Counted from the stretch's first letter, positions 17,565-27,024 are shown. The stretch: DNA of 64,000 nucleotides from an uncultured Clostridia bacterium (GCA_948664205.1 CAPNDH010000003.1:1330-65329), one strand, 5' to 3'. The notes: a model not told the origin generated them from the sequence alone. Numbers and translations are program-made.

Positions 17565-19583
17565 TTAGTTTAATATAAATTCTATTACTACTTTAAATAA
17601 GTCTCCATCTAAGTGTATATTAAAGTTTCCACCTTGCAGTTTTGTTAAACTTTCGGCTATTGATAAACCTAGCCCGCTTCCTTCTGTATTTCTTGAGGTA
17701 TCTCCTCTTACAAACCTTTGCATTAATTCTTCTGTTGATATGTTTAATTTTGCTTTTGATATATTTTTTAAGTGTATTTCTACTTTGTTTTCTTTTTTTA
17801 TTATATCTACATATACTCTTGAACCTTCTAGTGCATATTTTACTATGTTTGTATACATATTTTCTATTACTCTATAAAGGTACCTACTATCTGCTTTTAT
17901 ATTTACCTTTTCTTTAGGCATTTGAAGAATTAGTTCTAAGTTTTTCTCATTAAATTTATCCTCAAATTCTCCTGATATTTGTTTTATTAATTCTTTTAAA
18001 TTTATACTTTCTATATTTAGTTTTATATTACCAGAAGTTGCTTTTGATGCTTCTACTAGGTCTTCAGTTAACCTTTTTAGCCTCTGTGATTTGTTATCTA
18101 ATATTTCTAAATATTCTTTTGCTTTTTCATTAGGCATATCTTCTTTTTTTAGTAAATCTACATAGTTTATTATTGAAGTAAGTGGTGTTTTAATATCATG
18201 TGATACATTTGTTATAAGCTGTGTTTTCATTCTTTCACTTTTTAAACTTTCTTCTACTGCTTTTGTAAGTCCTGTTGATAAACTATTTATATATTCTGCC
18301 ATTTCTTTTAAATTTTTTTCTAAATTTGTAGTATCTATCTTTACATCTTCTTTTCCTTCATATATGCATTTTAATTGTTCTTTTACATTATTTAGTTGTT
18401 TTGTGTATTTTAATATTGTATATAGAGCTAATCCCCAAAACAATAATAATAAAATTACACCAAACCCTGTTGAAGCTGATATTATAATTAAGAATATAGA
18501 TATCAATACAAAACACATATAATATATTATTAATTTACTAGTAATTTCCTTATTCCATAATATTAAGTTAGATACTTCTTTTATTTTTTCTTTTATCCAT
18601 TTACACATTTTATACATTAAAGTTGTTTTTATAAAGTTTCTTGCTTTTATTCTTTTTATTGTTGTTATTCCTATAACAGCACATGATATATAACATATTA
18701 AATATGCAATAAGACCTATAACTATTGTATACATATTTGCATTTAATAAGCATTCTTTTGCTATTAAAGAGAACGTTACAATTACTATAAAGCCTACTGC
18801 AAATATTATTTCATAAGAAAATTTGTCAAAATTGCTTAAGTATATACCTTCTTTATTATTTTTATGCCCTATTGACCATATTAAGTATACCCCTATTATA
18901 AATAAAATTAATATTGAATATGACATTACATATACTGGCATACTTCCTACATTTGATACAAAATTGTAAATTGATACATTTACTTTATACTCTAATGTTG
19001 AAGATTGCTCTTTACTAAAGCTTGTATATATAGAGAATTTATTATTCTTTATTTCTTTTAAATTTTCTAGTCCATAATTGTATGCGAACCCCGTATCATC
19101 TAATTGCTCTAAATTTGTGTTTATACTTGTTGTTTCTTTATACCAGTGATATTCGCTATTTTTTATTTCTTCTATTTTTTCATTATAATTTTCTACTTTT
19201 ATATTTGTAAATATTGTGCCATTTTCATCTATTATAATGTAATTAAAACCATTATAATAACCTCTATATGTTTGAGAATAATATATTTTAGTTGGCATTT
19301 CTTGTACTAGTGTATAATTGTCTACAAAAGAATTGTAATATTCTCCTTGTTCTCTAATGCCCTCATTTATACTTGCACATATTCTAAAAATTCTTTGTAA
19401 ATTTGGGTAATATTCATTATATATAAAGCTATCTGTTTTGAAGTAATCTCCTCTTGATAGGTCTTCTTTATTATAAGAATTATATTCTATATATATTGCG
19501 CCTAATATTATTGCTAATACTAAGAATGGAATTATTATATATGATATTATCTTTAGTGTATCTGAGTTTTTTATTTTTTCCAT
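17565..19583 (-). CDS. sensor histidine kinase with a large extracytoplasmic domain
   Basis: H-box NVSHDIKTPLTSI, N-box MYTNIVKYALEGS, G-box GSGLGLSIA. It has an N-terminal TM, a ~190-aa external domain and a multi-TM region. Confidence 0.9.
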   Translation of the reverse strand: MEKIKNSDTLKIISYIIIPFLVLAIILGAIYIEYNSYNKEDLSRGDYFKTDSFIYNEYYPNLQRIFRICASINEGIREQGEYYNSFVDNYTLVQEMPTKIYYSQTYRGYYNGFNYIIIDENGTIFTNIKVENYNEKIEEIKNSEYHWYKETTSINTNLEQLDDTGFAYNYGLENLKEIKNNKFSIYTSFSKEQSSTLEYKVNVSIYNFVSNVGSMPVYVMSYSILILFIIGVYLIWSIGHKNNKEGIYLSNFDKFSYEIIFAVGFIVIVTFSLIAKECLLNANMYTIVIGLIAYLICYISCAVIGITTIKRIKARNFIKTTLMYKMCKWIKEKIKEVSNLILWNKEITSKLIIYYMCFVLISIFLIIISASTGFGVILLLLFWGLALYTILKYTKQLNNVKEQLKCIYEGKEDVKIDTTNLEKNLKEMAEYINSLSTGLTKAVEESLKSERMKTQLITNVSHDIKTPLTSIINYVDLLKKEDMPNEKAKEYLEILDNKSQRLKRLTEDLVEASKATSGNIKLNIESINLKELIKQISGEFEDKFNEKNLELILQMPKEKVNIKADSRYLYRVIENMYTNIVKYALEGSRVYVDIIKKENKVEIHLKNISKAKLNISTEELMQRFVRGDTSRNTEGSGLGLSIAESLTKLQGGNFNIHLDGDLFKVVIEFILN

Positions 19584-19608
19584 TTTTCCTCCTTAATGCG
19601 AAGCATGT

Positions 19609-19694
19609 ACTATTCATTATTCATTATTCATTGTTCATTTAAGTATTTTTATTTTAATGAAGAATGAATAGTGAATAATGAATGATGAATAATG
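19609..19694. repeat. repeat family D hairpin made of attcatt-type heptamers
   Basis: The left arm tactattcattattcattattcattgttcatt pairs with the right arm aatgaagaatgaatagtgaataatgaatgatgaataatg. It fills the response regulator-kinase spacer. Confidence 0.85.
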
Positions 19695-19702
19695 TTTTAT
19701 TT

Positions 19703-20407
19703 TTAGTCTATTTTTTCTATTTTATAGCCAATACCCCAAATTACTTTTAAATATTTAGGTTCTTTTGGGTTTATTTCTATCTTTTCTCTTATATGCCTTA
19801 TATGTACTGCTATTATATTATCTGCTCCATATGCTTCATCTTCCCATACATTTTCATATATTTGCTCTATTGAGTATACTTTTCCTTTATTTTTTGTTAA
19901 AAATTTTAATATGTTATACTCTGTTGGTGTAAGCTTTATTTCTTTGCCTTCAACTGTTACTTGTTTTATATCGTCTTTTATAATTAATTCGCCAGTTTTA
20001 AATATATTGGTGTTTTCATCTTCTTTATCTGCTATAGTTCCAAGTCTTGTGTATCTTCTTATTTGTGAATTTACCCTTGCTATTAATTCTATTGGGTTAA
20101 ATGGTTTTGTAACATAATCATCTGCTCCATTATTTAAACCTGCAACTTTGTCATAGTCTTCAGATTTTGCAGAAAGCATAAGTATTGGTATACTTTGTGT
20201 TTTTCTAACTTCATTTGCTACTTCCATGCCATCCATTTCTGGCATCATTATATCTAGTATAATTAAATGTATTTCATTGTTTGCAATTAATTTTAAGGCT
20301 TCTTTTCCATTATAAGCTTTTAAAATATTATAACCTTCTTTACTTAAATAAATTGCAATTGCATTAACTATTTCTTTATCGTCATCACATACTAAAATAT
20401 TATACAT
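19703..20407 (-). CDS. OmpR-family response regulator
   Basis: Receiver domain (ILVCDDD ... ILDIMMPEMDG ... SAK) plus a winged-helix C-terminus (..IRHIREKIE..YLKVIWGIGYKIE). I place the start at ATG 20407 (RBS gggaga). Confidence 0.92.
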   Translation of the reverse strand: MYNILVCDDDKEIVNAIAIYLSKEGYNILKAYNGKEALKLIANNEIHLIILDIMMPEMDGMEVANEVRKTQSIPILMLSAKSEDYDKVAGLNNGADDYVTKPFNPIELIARVNSQIRRYTRLGTIADKEDENTNIFKTGELIIKDDIKQVTVEGKEIKLTPTEYNILKFLTKNKGKVYSIEQIYENVWEDEAYGADNIIAVHIRHIREKIEINPKEPKYLKVIWGIGYKIEKID

Positions 20408-20538
20408 TTTATTTTCATCTCCCTTTTCCTTATATAAGTATAGCACATATTTATTAATAAAAAATAGATAGATTATTAATTTTTTATTAATTTACCATAA
20501 TATTACCCAAAAGGTCAGGTTGTTTTGGTACATTGTAG

Positions 20539-20643
20539 TGTAGGGGCAGCTAGTAGCTGTCCGCTCTTCGAAGAAATTACCCTAAATTAAATGTTAATTT
20601 AAGCAATTTCGTTGGAGACGGACAGCTACTAGCTGCCCCTACA
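20539..20643. repeat. repeat family B: perfect 25-bp inverted repeat around a ttcgaagaa-containing loop
   Basis: tgtaggggcagctagtagctgtccg (20539-20563) pairs with cggacagctactagctgcccctaca (20619-20643). The loop contains ctcttcgaagaaattaccc. Relatives are at 47354, 45545, 28197, 28681, 6515 and 5131. Confidence 0.9.
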
Positions 20644-20677
20644 TTTCTTTTGTAATTTACTATATAATTTAAAAATA

Positions 20678-21799
20678 TTATTTCTTATTCTTCCACTCTA
20701 TAAAATCTTCTATTATTAACATTAATACTGCTACTACTGGTACTGCTAAAAACATTCCTAGCACTCCAAAGTATGCTCCACCTACTGTTACTGCAAATAT
20801 TACTAATAATGGACTTATTTTTAGTGAATCTCCTACTATTTTTGGATTTATTATATTTGCATCTATTTGTTGAAGTATTGTTACTACTATTAACATCCAT
20901 ATTGCTTGGCTAAGTCCTCCTGTAAAGAAGGTTATAATTACTGCTATTATTACTGCTATTATTGCTCCAAAGTATGGTATTATATTTGCTAGACCTATCA
21001 TAAATCCTAATAATACTGCATATTTTACTCCTAATATCGACATTCCTATTGATGTTAATATTCCTACTATTATTGCATCTAATATTTGACTTGCTAAGAA
21101 TTTAAAGAATATTTGATTTGTTCTATTAAAATATTTATCTATATTTTCATAAGTTTTTTTCTTGAATATTGCTCCTAGTAGTTTTCTAAAGAAGTTTATT
21201 ATTCCTTTTCTACTATTTAACATATATACTGACACTACTATTGATACAAATATATCAAATATTCCACCTAGCATTCCTACTATACCTTGTACATAGCCTG
21301 TTAGTGCCTCTGTATTAATTATTTTTGTTAAATCTATATTTTGTATTTCTTTTATTACTTTTTGTGCTATTTCTGATTTAAATATTGAATCTTCTGGAAG
21401 TGTATTTATCTTTTCTACTGCTATATTATAGTAAGTTCCAAAGTTATTTGCTAAATCTACTACACTTTGTATTACTGGTGGTAAAATTACATTTATTAAT
21501 ATAATTATTAAAATTAGTGCTATTAAATATACTGTTAATACACTTAATGCCCTTGCTTTTTTGTTTATAAATTTAGGTTTTCTTACTTTTTTATATAGCC
21601 CTTCTATTTTTTGACATGGTACGTATAAAATATATGCTATTAATATTCCTACTAAAAATGGAGATATTACTCCTAAAAATCCTTTTATTCCTGTAGCTAT
21701 TGCTTCAAATTTATCTAGCACTTTATATACTGCTACTACTGCTATTGCTAGTGAAAACCAGAATAGCCATTTTGTCCAATTTCTGTTTTTGCTTTCCAT
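20678..21799 (-). CDS. AI-2E family transporter (PerM/YhhT-like permease)
   Basis: 373 aa with about 8 TM segments, and the conserved C-terminal core ..NIIPYFGAIIAVIIAV..NIINPKIVGDSLKISPLLVIFA.. Confidence 0.85.
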   Translation of the reverse strand: MESKNRNWTKWLFWFSLAIAVVAVYKVLDKFEAIATGIKGFLGVISPFLVGILIAYILYVPCQKIEGLYKKVRKPKFINKKARALSVLTVYLIALILIIILINVILPPVIQSVVDLANNFGTYYNIAVEKINTLPEDSIFKSEIAQKVIKEIQNIDLTKIINTEALTGYVQGIVGMLGGIFDIFVSIVVSVYMLNSRKGIINFFRKLLGAIFKKKTYENIDKYFNRTNQIFFKFLASQILDAIIVGILTSIGMSILGVKYAVLLGFMIGLANIIPYFGAIIAVIIAVIITFFTGGLSQAIWMLIVVTILQQIDANIINPKIVGDSLKISPLLVIFAVTVGGAYFGVLGMFLAVPVVAVLMLIIEDFIEWKNKK

Positions 21800-21847
21800 T
21801 TTTTTCTCTCCTTACTTTTTCAGATTTTTGGGTGCGTCCTAAAAATC

Positions 21848-22603
21848 TCATATTTCTATTTGCAGTTCTACTGGGCAGTGGTCGCTTCCTAGTATTTCTG
21901 GGTGAATTGCACTTTCTTTTATTTTGTTTTTTATACTATTTGATACTATAAAGTAGTCTATTCTCCAGCCTACATTTTTTTCTCTTGCTCTTCCCATATA
22001 TGACCACCATGAATAGCAGTTTTCCTTTTCTGGGTATAAATATCTGAAAGAGTCTGTAAAGCCTGCATCTAGTAAGTTTGTCATTTTATTTCTTTCTTCA
22101 TCTGTAAAACCTGCATTTTTTCTATTAGTTTTTGGATTTTTCAAATCTATTTCTTTATGTGCTACATTTAGATCTCCACAATATATTACTGGCTTTTTTT
22201 CATCTAACTTTTTTAAATATTTTCTTATTTCGTCTTCCCAAACCATTCTGTAGTCTAAACGTTCTAGCTCTCTTTTTGAATTTGGTGTATAACAATCTAC
22301 AAAATAAAATTTTTCAAATTCTAGTGTTATTATTCTACCTTCTTTGTCATGTTCCTCTATTCCTATTCCATAACTTACGTTTATTGGCTTTTTCTTTGTA
22401 AATATTGCTGTTCCTGAATATCCTTTTTTCTCTGCACTATTCCAATATTGATAATATCCTTCTAATATAAGTTCTAGTTGCCCTTCTTGCATTTTTGTTT
22501 CTTGAATTGCAAATATATCTGCATTTATTTCATTAAAGAATTCCATAAATCCTTTATTTACGACTGCTCTTAAACCGTTAACATTCCATGATATACATTT
22601 CAT
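21848..22603 (-). CDS. xth: exodeoxyribonuclease III
   Basis: MKCISWNVNGLRA.., ..FAIQETK.., ..GDLNVAH.., ..SDHCPV.. (EEP nuclease motifs). Length is 251 aa. Confidence 0.93.
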   Translation of the reverse strand: MKCISWNVNGLRAVVNKGFMEFFNEINADIFAIQETKMQEGQLELILEGYYQYWNSAEKKGYSGTAIFTKKKPINVSYGIGIEEHDKEGRIITLEFEKFYFVDCYTPNSKRELERLDYRMVWEDEIRKYLKKLDEKKPVIYCGDLNVAHKEIDLKNPKTNRKNAGFTDEERNKMTNLLDAGFTDSFRYLYPEKENCYSWWSYMGRAREKNVGWRIDYFIVSNSIKNKIKESAIHPEILGSDHCPVELQIEI

Positions 22604-22814
22604 ATACTTTTTCTCCTTTTTGAATATTGCTATTATAGCATAATTTATTTATTTTGTATAGTGTGGGTTTTATAATTTGTAATATGCAAGAAAGTGGCTT
22701 CGCCACCCTACGTGTTAAATTGTTCGCTCCCAGTAAGTAATATAAAAAACAAAAGCCTAGTAACATTTCTGTACTAGACTTTTTTTGTAAAACTTATTTA
22801 AGTTATTTTTTGTA

Positions 22815-23621
22815 CTAATTGTGATATATAATATCTTTAACATATTGATATGTTTCTAATTCTTCATATCCTTCTTCTTCAAGTATTATACATTCAAAGG
22901 TTTCTGCAAAAAGTTCTAAATTTGAGTTTATCTGCGTATTTCTATTTAGACTATTTTTTTCCTTTTCGTATATACTTCTATATTCTTCTGTACAACTTGC
23001 CCAAGCATTTTTTATATCGTAATAGTGCCCAATTTCGTGAATTATTGTATTGTCCCTTAGCGCCATGCTATGATACGTTATATATATAGTTTTATCTTTT
23101 ATTTCTGTATATCCTTTTAAAAATTGTCCTTCATCTTTAGAAGATAGCATAGATTCATGTTTCCCTAATTTGCTATATATCTCTTCTTCACTACCTATAT
23201 ATATTTTCCAACCTTGATTATTAAAGTCATTTAATATGTCACTTGGTATATAGTTTAATTGCATAATTACTGCATTAACGAAGTTTTTATCATATTCTGC
23301 AGAATTTACAATTAGCTCCTTAGGGTTTACTTGAGTAATTTCGTCAGTTGTTTGCTTTACTACTTTTTCCCGTTCTTCCTTTTTTTGTGTAGCTTGGTTA
23401 TTTAATTTACGTTGTACTTCTTGCTTCTTTACATTTTTACTATCACTTTGTACTAAACTACTTTCTACGTTATATTTTTTATTATATTGTGATTTAGAAA
23501 TTTCATATTTATTTTCATATTCTTTAAAAATCAACATCACAATTAAAATAATTAATATTAACATAGAAAACATTAGAAAGTTAAATAAAAAGTCCTTTTT
23601 CCTCATGTATGTTTTCCTCAC
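22815..23621 (-). CDS. membrane-anchored HExxH metallopeptidase-like protein (ATLF-like domain suspected)
   Basis: N-terminal TM anchor, a Lys/Gln-rich linker, and a C-terminal domain with TIIHEIGHYYD. It contains one in-frame CGG (23370-23372) that must be read in the 0 frame. Confidence 0.6.
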   Translation of the reverse strand: MRKTYMRKKDFLFNFLMFSMLILIILIVMLIFKEYENKYEISKSQYNKKYNVESSLVQSDSKNVKKQEVQRKLNNQATQKKEEREKVVKQTTDEITQVNPKELIVNSAEYDKNFVNAVIMQLNYIPSDILNDFNNQGWKIYIGSEEEIYSKLGKHESMLSSKDEGQFLKGYTEIKDKTIYITYHSMALRDNTIIHEIGHYYDIKNAWASCTEEYRSIYEKEKNSLNRNTQINSNLELFAETFECIILEEEGYEELETYQYVKDIIYHN

Positions 23622-23707
23622 TTTCTATTATAAAATTTAACATAATGCTATTATAACATCTCACTGACTTGTTGTAAATATTTTTTTGCATAATTGTGGT
23701 GTAAAAT

Positions 23708-23736
23708 TTGCTTTTTTATGTCAAATATGTTATAAT
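23708..23736 (+). promoter_or_regulatory. sigma-A promoter (ttgctt-17-tataat, extended TGn -10)
   Basis: ttgctt at 23708-23713, a 17-nt spacer ending tgt, tataat at 23731-23736. A near-identical promoter and leader (gtacattgaacagg) recur at 24592-24650. Confidence 0.65.
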
Positions 23737-23791
23737 TTAGGTATATATGGTACATTGAACAGGATAACCAAAATGAAAAGGAGAGAACATT

Positions 23792-24385
23792 ATGAAGAGA
23801 ACGTTTTTTTTAGTAGTATCCATTCTTTTAGTATCCACTATGCTTACTGGTTGTGGTAAGAGCGAAAAGGTTTCAAAAAAGTACGTTCGTAACTTAGAGG
23901 AAGATAATGAGCGGCTTATTGCTCAGGTCAAAAGGGAAATCGAAAGGGCAGATGAATACAGTGATGATTTAGATGAGGCTAAGGAGGAAATTGCAACTCA
24001 GCTTGCTACCATTACTCATTTAGAGGCTGAACTTGCTGAAAGAGATTCAACTATATATTATTTAGAATCTCAGCTTGAAAACTCTTCCTCATCATCTTCG
24101 GTGGAAAACCCTAATTACAATGTATACTCCGTGGATCCCGGAGATTCAAACTCATACTTAGCTCAAAAGTTTTGGTTTGACGGATTTAATTATTCTGCTG
24201 ATACCACTTGGTATTCAGATATTTCCTGCAAACCGGAGTCTAAGATGAATTGTAGTGTTACCATTATCTCTCCAATTGTCGATGAAATGAAGCAGAGTAA
24301 TGGTTACAAAGTTTATGTATGTATGAGTAGTAGCGGACTTGTTTATTCAAGTAACTACCCGTATTTAGTTAAAATTAACAATTAA
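23792..24385 (+). CDS. lipoprotein with a coiled-coil segment and a conserved C-terminal domain (paralog of 24679..25953)
   Basis: Lipobox LLVSTMLTGC. The C-terminal domain YSVDPGDSNSYLAQKFWFDGFNYSADTTWYSDISCK...VCMSSSGLVYSSNYPYLVKI is shared with the next gene. G+C is higher than background. Confidence 0.7.
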   Translation: MKRTFFLVVSILLVSTMLTGCGKSEKVSKKYVRNLEEDNERLIAQVKREIERADEYSDDLDEAKEEIATQLATITHLEAELAERDSTIYYLESQLENSSSSSSVENPNYNVYSVDPGDSNSYLAQKFWFDGFNYSADTTWYSDISCKPESKMNCSVTIISPIVDEMKQSNGYKVYVCMSSSGLVYSSNYPYLVKINN

Positions 24386-24402
24386 CCACATTCCTGTTCA
24401 AA

Positions 24403-24435
24403 AGAAGCGCACATTTAAATTGTGCGCTTCTTTCA
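24403..24435 (+). terminator. rho-independent terminator
   Basis: Stem agaagcgcaca / tgtgcgcttct followed by ttc. An almost identical hairpin is at 25965. Confidence 0.8.
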
Positions 24436-24591
24436 TGTAATCTTAAAACTATTTTTAAGTTTTAGGAACAGCTATTTTCTCGTTTGTATAATAAAGTTAC
24501 TTTTTTGTGTTATACTTTTAAAATTTTTATATAATTAGTAAATCTAATTATCTGTACTTAATACATTTTATCAAATTATTTTAAAAATAGT

Positions 24592-24620
24592 TTGCATTTT
24601 TATGTAAAACGTGTTATAAT
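24592..24620 (+). promoter_or_regulatory. sigma-A promoter (ttgcat-17-tataat, extended TGn -10)
   Basis: ttgcat at 24592-24597, a 17-nt spacer, tataat at 24615-24620, then the conserved leader gtacattgaacaggtaaacc. Confidence 0.65.
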
Positions 24621-24678
24621 CTCGGTATATAAATAGTACATTGAACAGGTAAACCGCAAAGTGAAAGGAGAAAAAAGT

Positions 24679-25953
24679 ATGAAAATTGCCAAAATTTTTG
24701 TAGTAGTCTCATTAATCATTTTAGTAGCTCTTTTAGGTTACAGTTGTGGAGAACGGAAAAGTACTAAACAGTATCAGGATGAATTAAATGATAGTAATGC
24801 AGAAGTTACACGTCTTACTGGAGAACTCTCTAAAGCCAACACGAAATTAGAAGAAAATGATGCACTTATCTCTCGTTTAGAAGAATTTCAGGATGAGCAG
24901 ACCAAAATTATTACTAATTTAAATAATACACTTGCAAATAGACATTTTACTATTTCTTCTTTGGAATCTGATCTTGATAAGAAAGAGAAAGAGATTTCTG
25001 ATTTGCGAGCAGAGCTTTCTGAGAAAAGTAATCAAACTTCTTCTCAATCTGATATTTACAAGAAGAATGAGGAAATAGCAGTATTGCAGTCTCAGATTTC
25101 TAAAAAAGATCAAGATATTGCTTCTTTGAAGTCTGATATTTCCAATAAGGATGCAGAAATTACTCGTTTAAAAGATGAAATTTCTAAAAAAGATAAAAAA
25201 ATTGATTCCTTAAAGCCTGGATATTATGACAGGGATAGTGAGATTCGTGATTTGAAGGACGAGATTTCTAAAAAGGATAAGAAAATTGATTCTTTGAAAT
25301 CTGATATTTCTAATAAAGATAAAAAGATTTCTTCCTTAGAGACTGAACTTTCTGAGAAGAAGAAAAATATTTCTTACAAGGATCAGGAAATTTCCTCTTT
25401 AAGGTCTAGTATTTCTACAAAGGACCAAGAGATTTCTTCTTTAAAGTCTAGCATTTCTGCAAAAGACCAAGAGATTTCTTCTTTAAAGTCTAGCATTTCT
25501 GCAAAAGACCAAGAGATTTCTTCTTTAAAGTCTAACTCTCCTGCGAAGGATCAGGAAATTTCTTCTTTAAAGTCTGAAATTTCTAAAAAGAATGAGGAGA
25601 TTACTTCTTTGCAGTCTGAAATTTCTAAAAAAGATGAGGAAATAAATGCTTTAAAGGATGAGCTTAAAAATGCTTCTCCTATAATTTATTCGGTTGACCC
25701 TGGTGATTCCAACTCATACTTAGGTCAGAAATTTGGCTTTGATGGCTCCAACTATTCTGCAAATATTTCTTGGTATTCAGATATCTCTTGCAAATCTGAA
25801 TTTCAAGTAAGTGATGTAATTATTATTTCACCTGTTGTTGATAAAATAGAATATAGTGATGGATATAATTACTATACTGTTTATGCATGTATGAGTAATA
25901 ATGGTTTAGTATATACTAACAACTATCCAAATTTATTAAAAATTGACTATTAA
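24679..25953 (+). CDS. long coiled-coil surface protein with 14-aa tandem repeats and the same C-terminal domain as 23792..24385
   Basis: I place the start at ATG 24679 (RBS aaaggaga). It has an N-terminal anchor with Cys (LLGYSCG), repeats KDQEISSLKSSISA, and the C-terminus IYSVDPGDSNSYLGQKFGFDGSNYSANISWYSDISCK...ACMSNNGLVYTNNYPNLLKI. Confidence 0.7.
   Translation: MKIAKIFVVVSLIILVALLGYSCGERKSTKQYQDELNDSNAEVTRLTGELSKANTKLEENDALISRLEEFQDEQTKIITNLNNTLANRHFTISSLESDLDKKEKEISDLRAELSEKSNQTSSQSDIYKKNEEIAVLQSQISKKDQDIASLKSDISNKDAEITRLKDEISKKDKKIDSLKPGYYDRDSEIRDLKDEISKKDKKIDSLKSDISNKDKKISSLETELSEKKKNISYKDQEISSLRSSISTKDQEISSLKSSISAKDQEISSLKSSISAKDQEISSLKSNSPAKDQEISSLKSEISKKNEEITSLQSEISKKDEEINALKDELKNASPIIYSVDPGDSNSYLGQKFGFDGSNYSANISWYSDISCKSEFQVSDVIIISPVVDKIEYSDGYNYYTVYACMSNNGLVYTNNYPNLLKIDY
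25375..25585. repeat. 42-bp tandem repeat (about 5 units) inside the coiled-coil gene
   Basis: aaagaccaagagatttcttctttaaagtctagcatttctgca is repeated head to tail. Confidence 0.85.
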
Positions 25954-25964
25954 TTTCTGTTCAA

Positions 25965-26003
25965 AAGAAGCGCACATGAAAATTGTGCGCTTCTTTATTA
26001 TTT
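25965..26003. terminator. rho-independent terminator (bidirectional position)
   Basis: Stem aagaagcgcaca / tgtgcgcttctt followed by attatttttt. Confidence 0.8.
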
Positions 26004-26004
26004 T

Positions 26005-26994
26005 TTAAGGCTCATATACATAGCATTCTAAAGTTTTTCTACCATATTGCAATGCTTCTCCATGTGAACCCATATATATATCTAATTTGCTATTTGATAT
26101 TGCTCCACCTCTATCTTGTACTTTAAACCATCCTCCATTTGGTTTATTAGCTAGAGCTGGTATATATATTACTGTTCCCATTTTGTAACCTTTACCTGCT
26201 GCTACTGTATACCATGCAGACGCTCTTGCTCCTGAAGCTGTAATTCCTGTTGACTTTCCACAACATTTTGAACATGAGCAATATGCAGATGTATTAAAGC
26301 TTTTTACTATTGGTGTTATTCCTTCTACTGATTTTGCAAGTACAGTTGATGCTGTAAGTGCTGGGTTTGTAGTTGCCACTCTTTCTGCACCTCTTGAGGT
26401 TATTTGTATTGTTCGTACTTCAACAATTTTATTTACTGGTTCTTTTATAACTTTTACAGACATCTCTATTCTTTCTATTTCAATTTCATTTTGATATCTT
26501 ACTTTATACGTTACTTCTTTTAAACCATTAATACCATTTTGCACTACTCTATTTTGTTTTGTTCCTTCTCCTGTTGCCTCTTTTGTAATTGTTTCATATG
26601 GTATTACTACCTTTTCTACTATTATTTTTTCTTTAACACTATTGTAGTTTTGCAAAATTTCTTCTGTAGTAACACTTTCTTCAGTTTCTGCTACTTGTTG
26701 TTTTACTTCGGAAGCTTTTGTTATTTTTATTGTTTTGTTATCTGAAATTTCTGCTTCTAAGTCTGGTGTAACTACTTCATCTTCCAAAACTGTTATATGA
26801 TTTTCTTCTAATATATCTGCTACTTTCGTTTTAGTTGTTAAAACTGTCATTTCATAATTACTTGAAAGTATTATTTTTACATTTACAAATTTAGCGTTTG
26901 TAGCCATTACACCAATACCCATTATAAATATAAATATTAAACATATTGCTAATATTTTTCTTACGGATACAGATGCTTTGTCCGTTTTGTTCAT
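26005..26994 (-). CDS. yabE: YabE-like cell-wall protein (TM anchor, DUF348, G5 and 3D domains)
   Basis: A G5-type segment (QNGINGLKEVTYKVRYQNEIEIER). The 3D domain C-terminus is TSAYCSCSKCCGKSTGITASGARA...WFKVQDRGGAI..KLDIYMGSH. It is syntenic with tatD (yabD), as in Bacillus. Confidence 0.8.
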   Translation of the reverse strand: MNKTDKASVSVRKILAICLIFIFIMGIGVMATNAKFVNVKIILSSNYEMTVLTTKTKVADILEENHITVLEDEVVTPDLEAEISDNKTIKITKASEVKQQVAETEESVTTEEILQNYNSVKEKIIVEKVVIPYETITKEATGEGTKQNRVVQNGINGLKEVTYKVRYQNEIEIERIEMSVKVIKEPVNKIVEVRTIQITSRGAERVATTNPALTASTVLAKSVEGITPIVKSFNTSAYCSCSKCCGKSTGITASGARASAWYTVAAGKGYKMGTVIYIPALANKPNGGWFKVQDRGGAISNSKLDIYMGSHGEALQYGRKTLECYVYEP

Positions 26995-27024
26995 AAAATT
27001 AACCTCCTTTTATGTAACAACGAA

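Noticed and set aside
23370-23372. The idea that every in-frame CGG forces a +1 shift.
   Set aside because: A shift at 23370-23372 (ATLF-like gene) or 24754-24756 (coiled-coil gene) hits a stop within 3-10 codons and would remove the conserved downstream domains. These CGGs must be decoded in frame, so any recoding would have to be context-dependent or partial.
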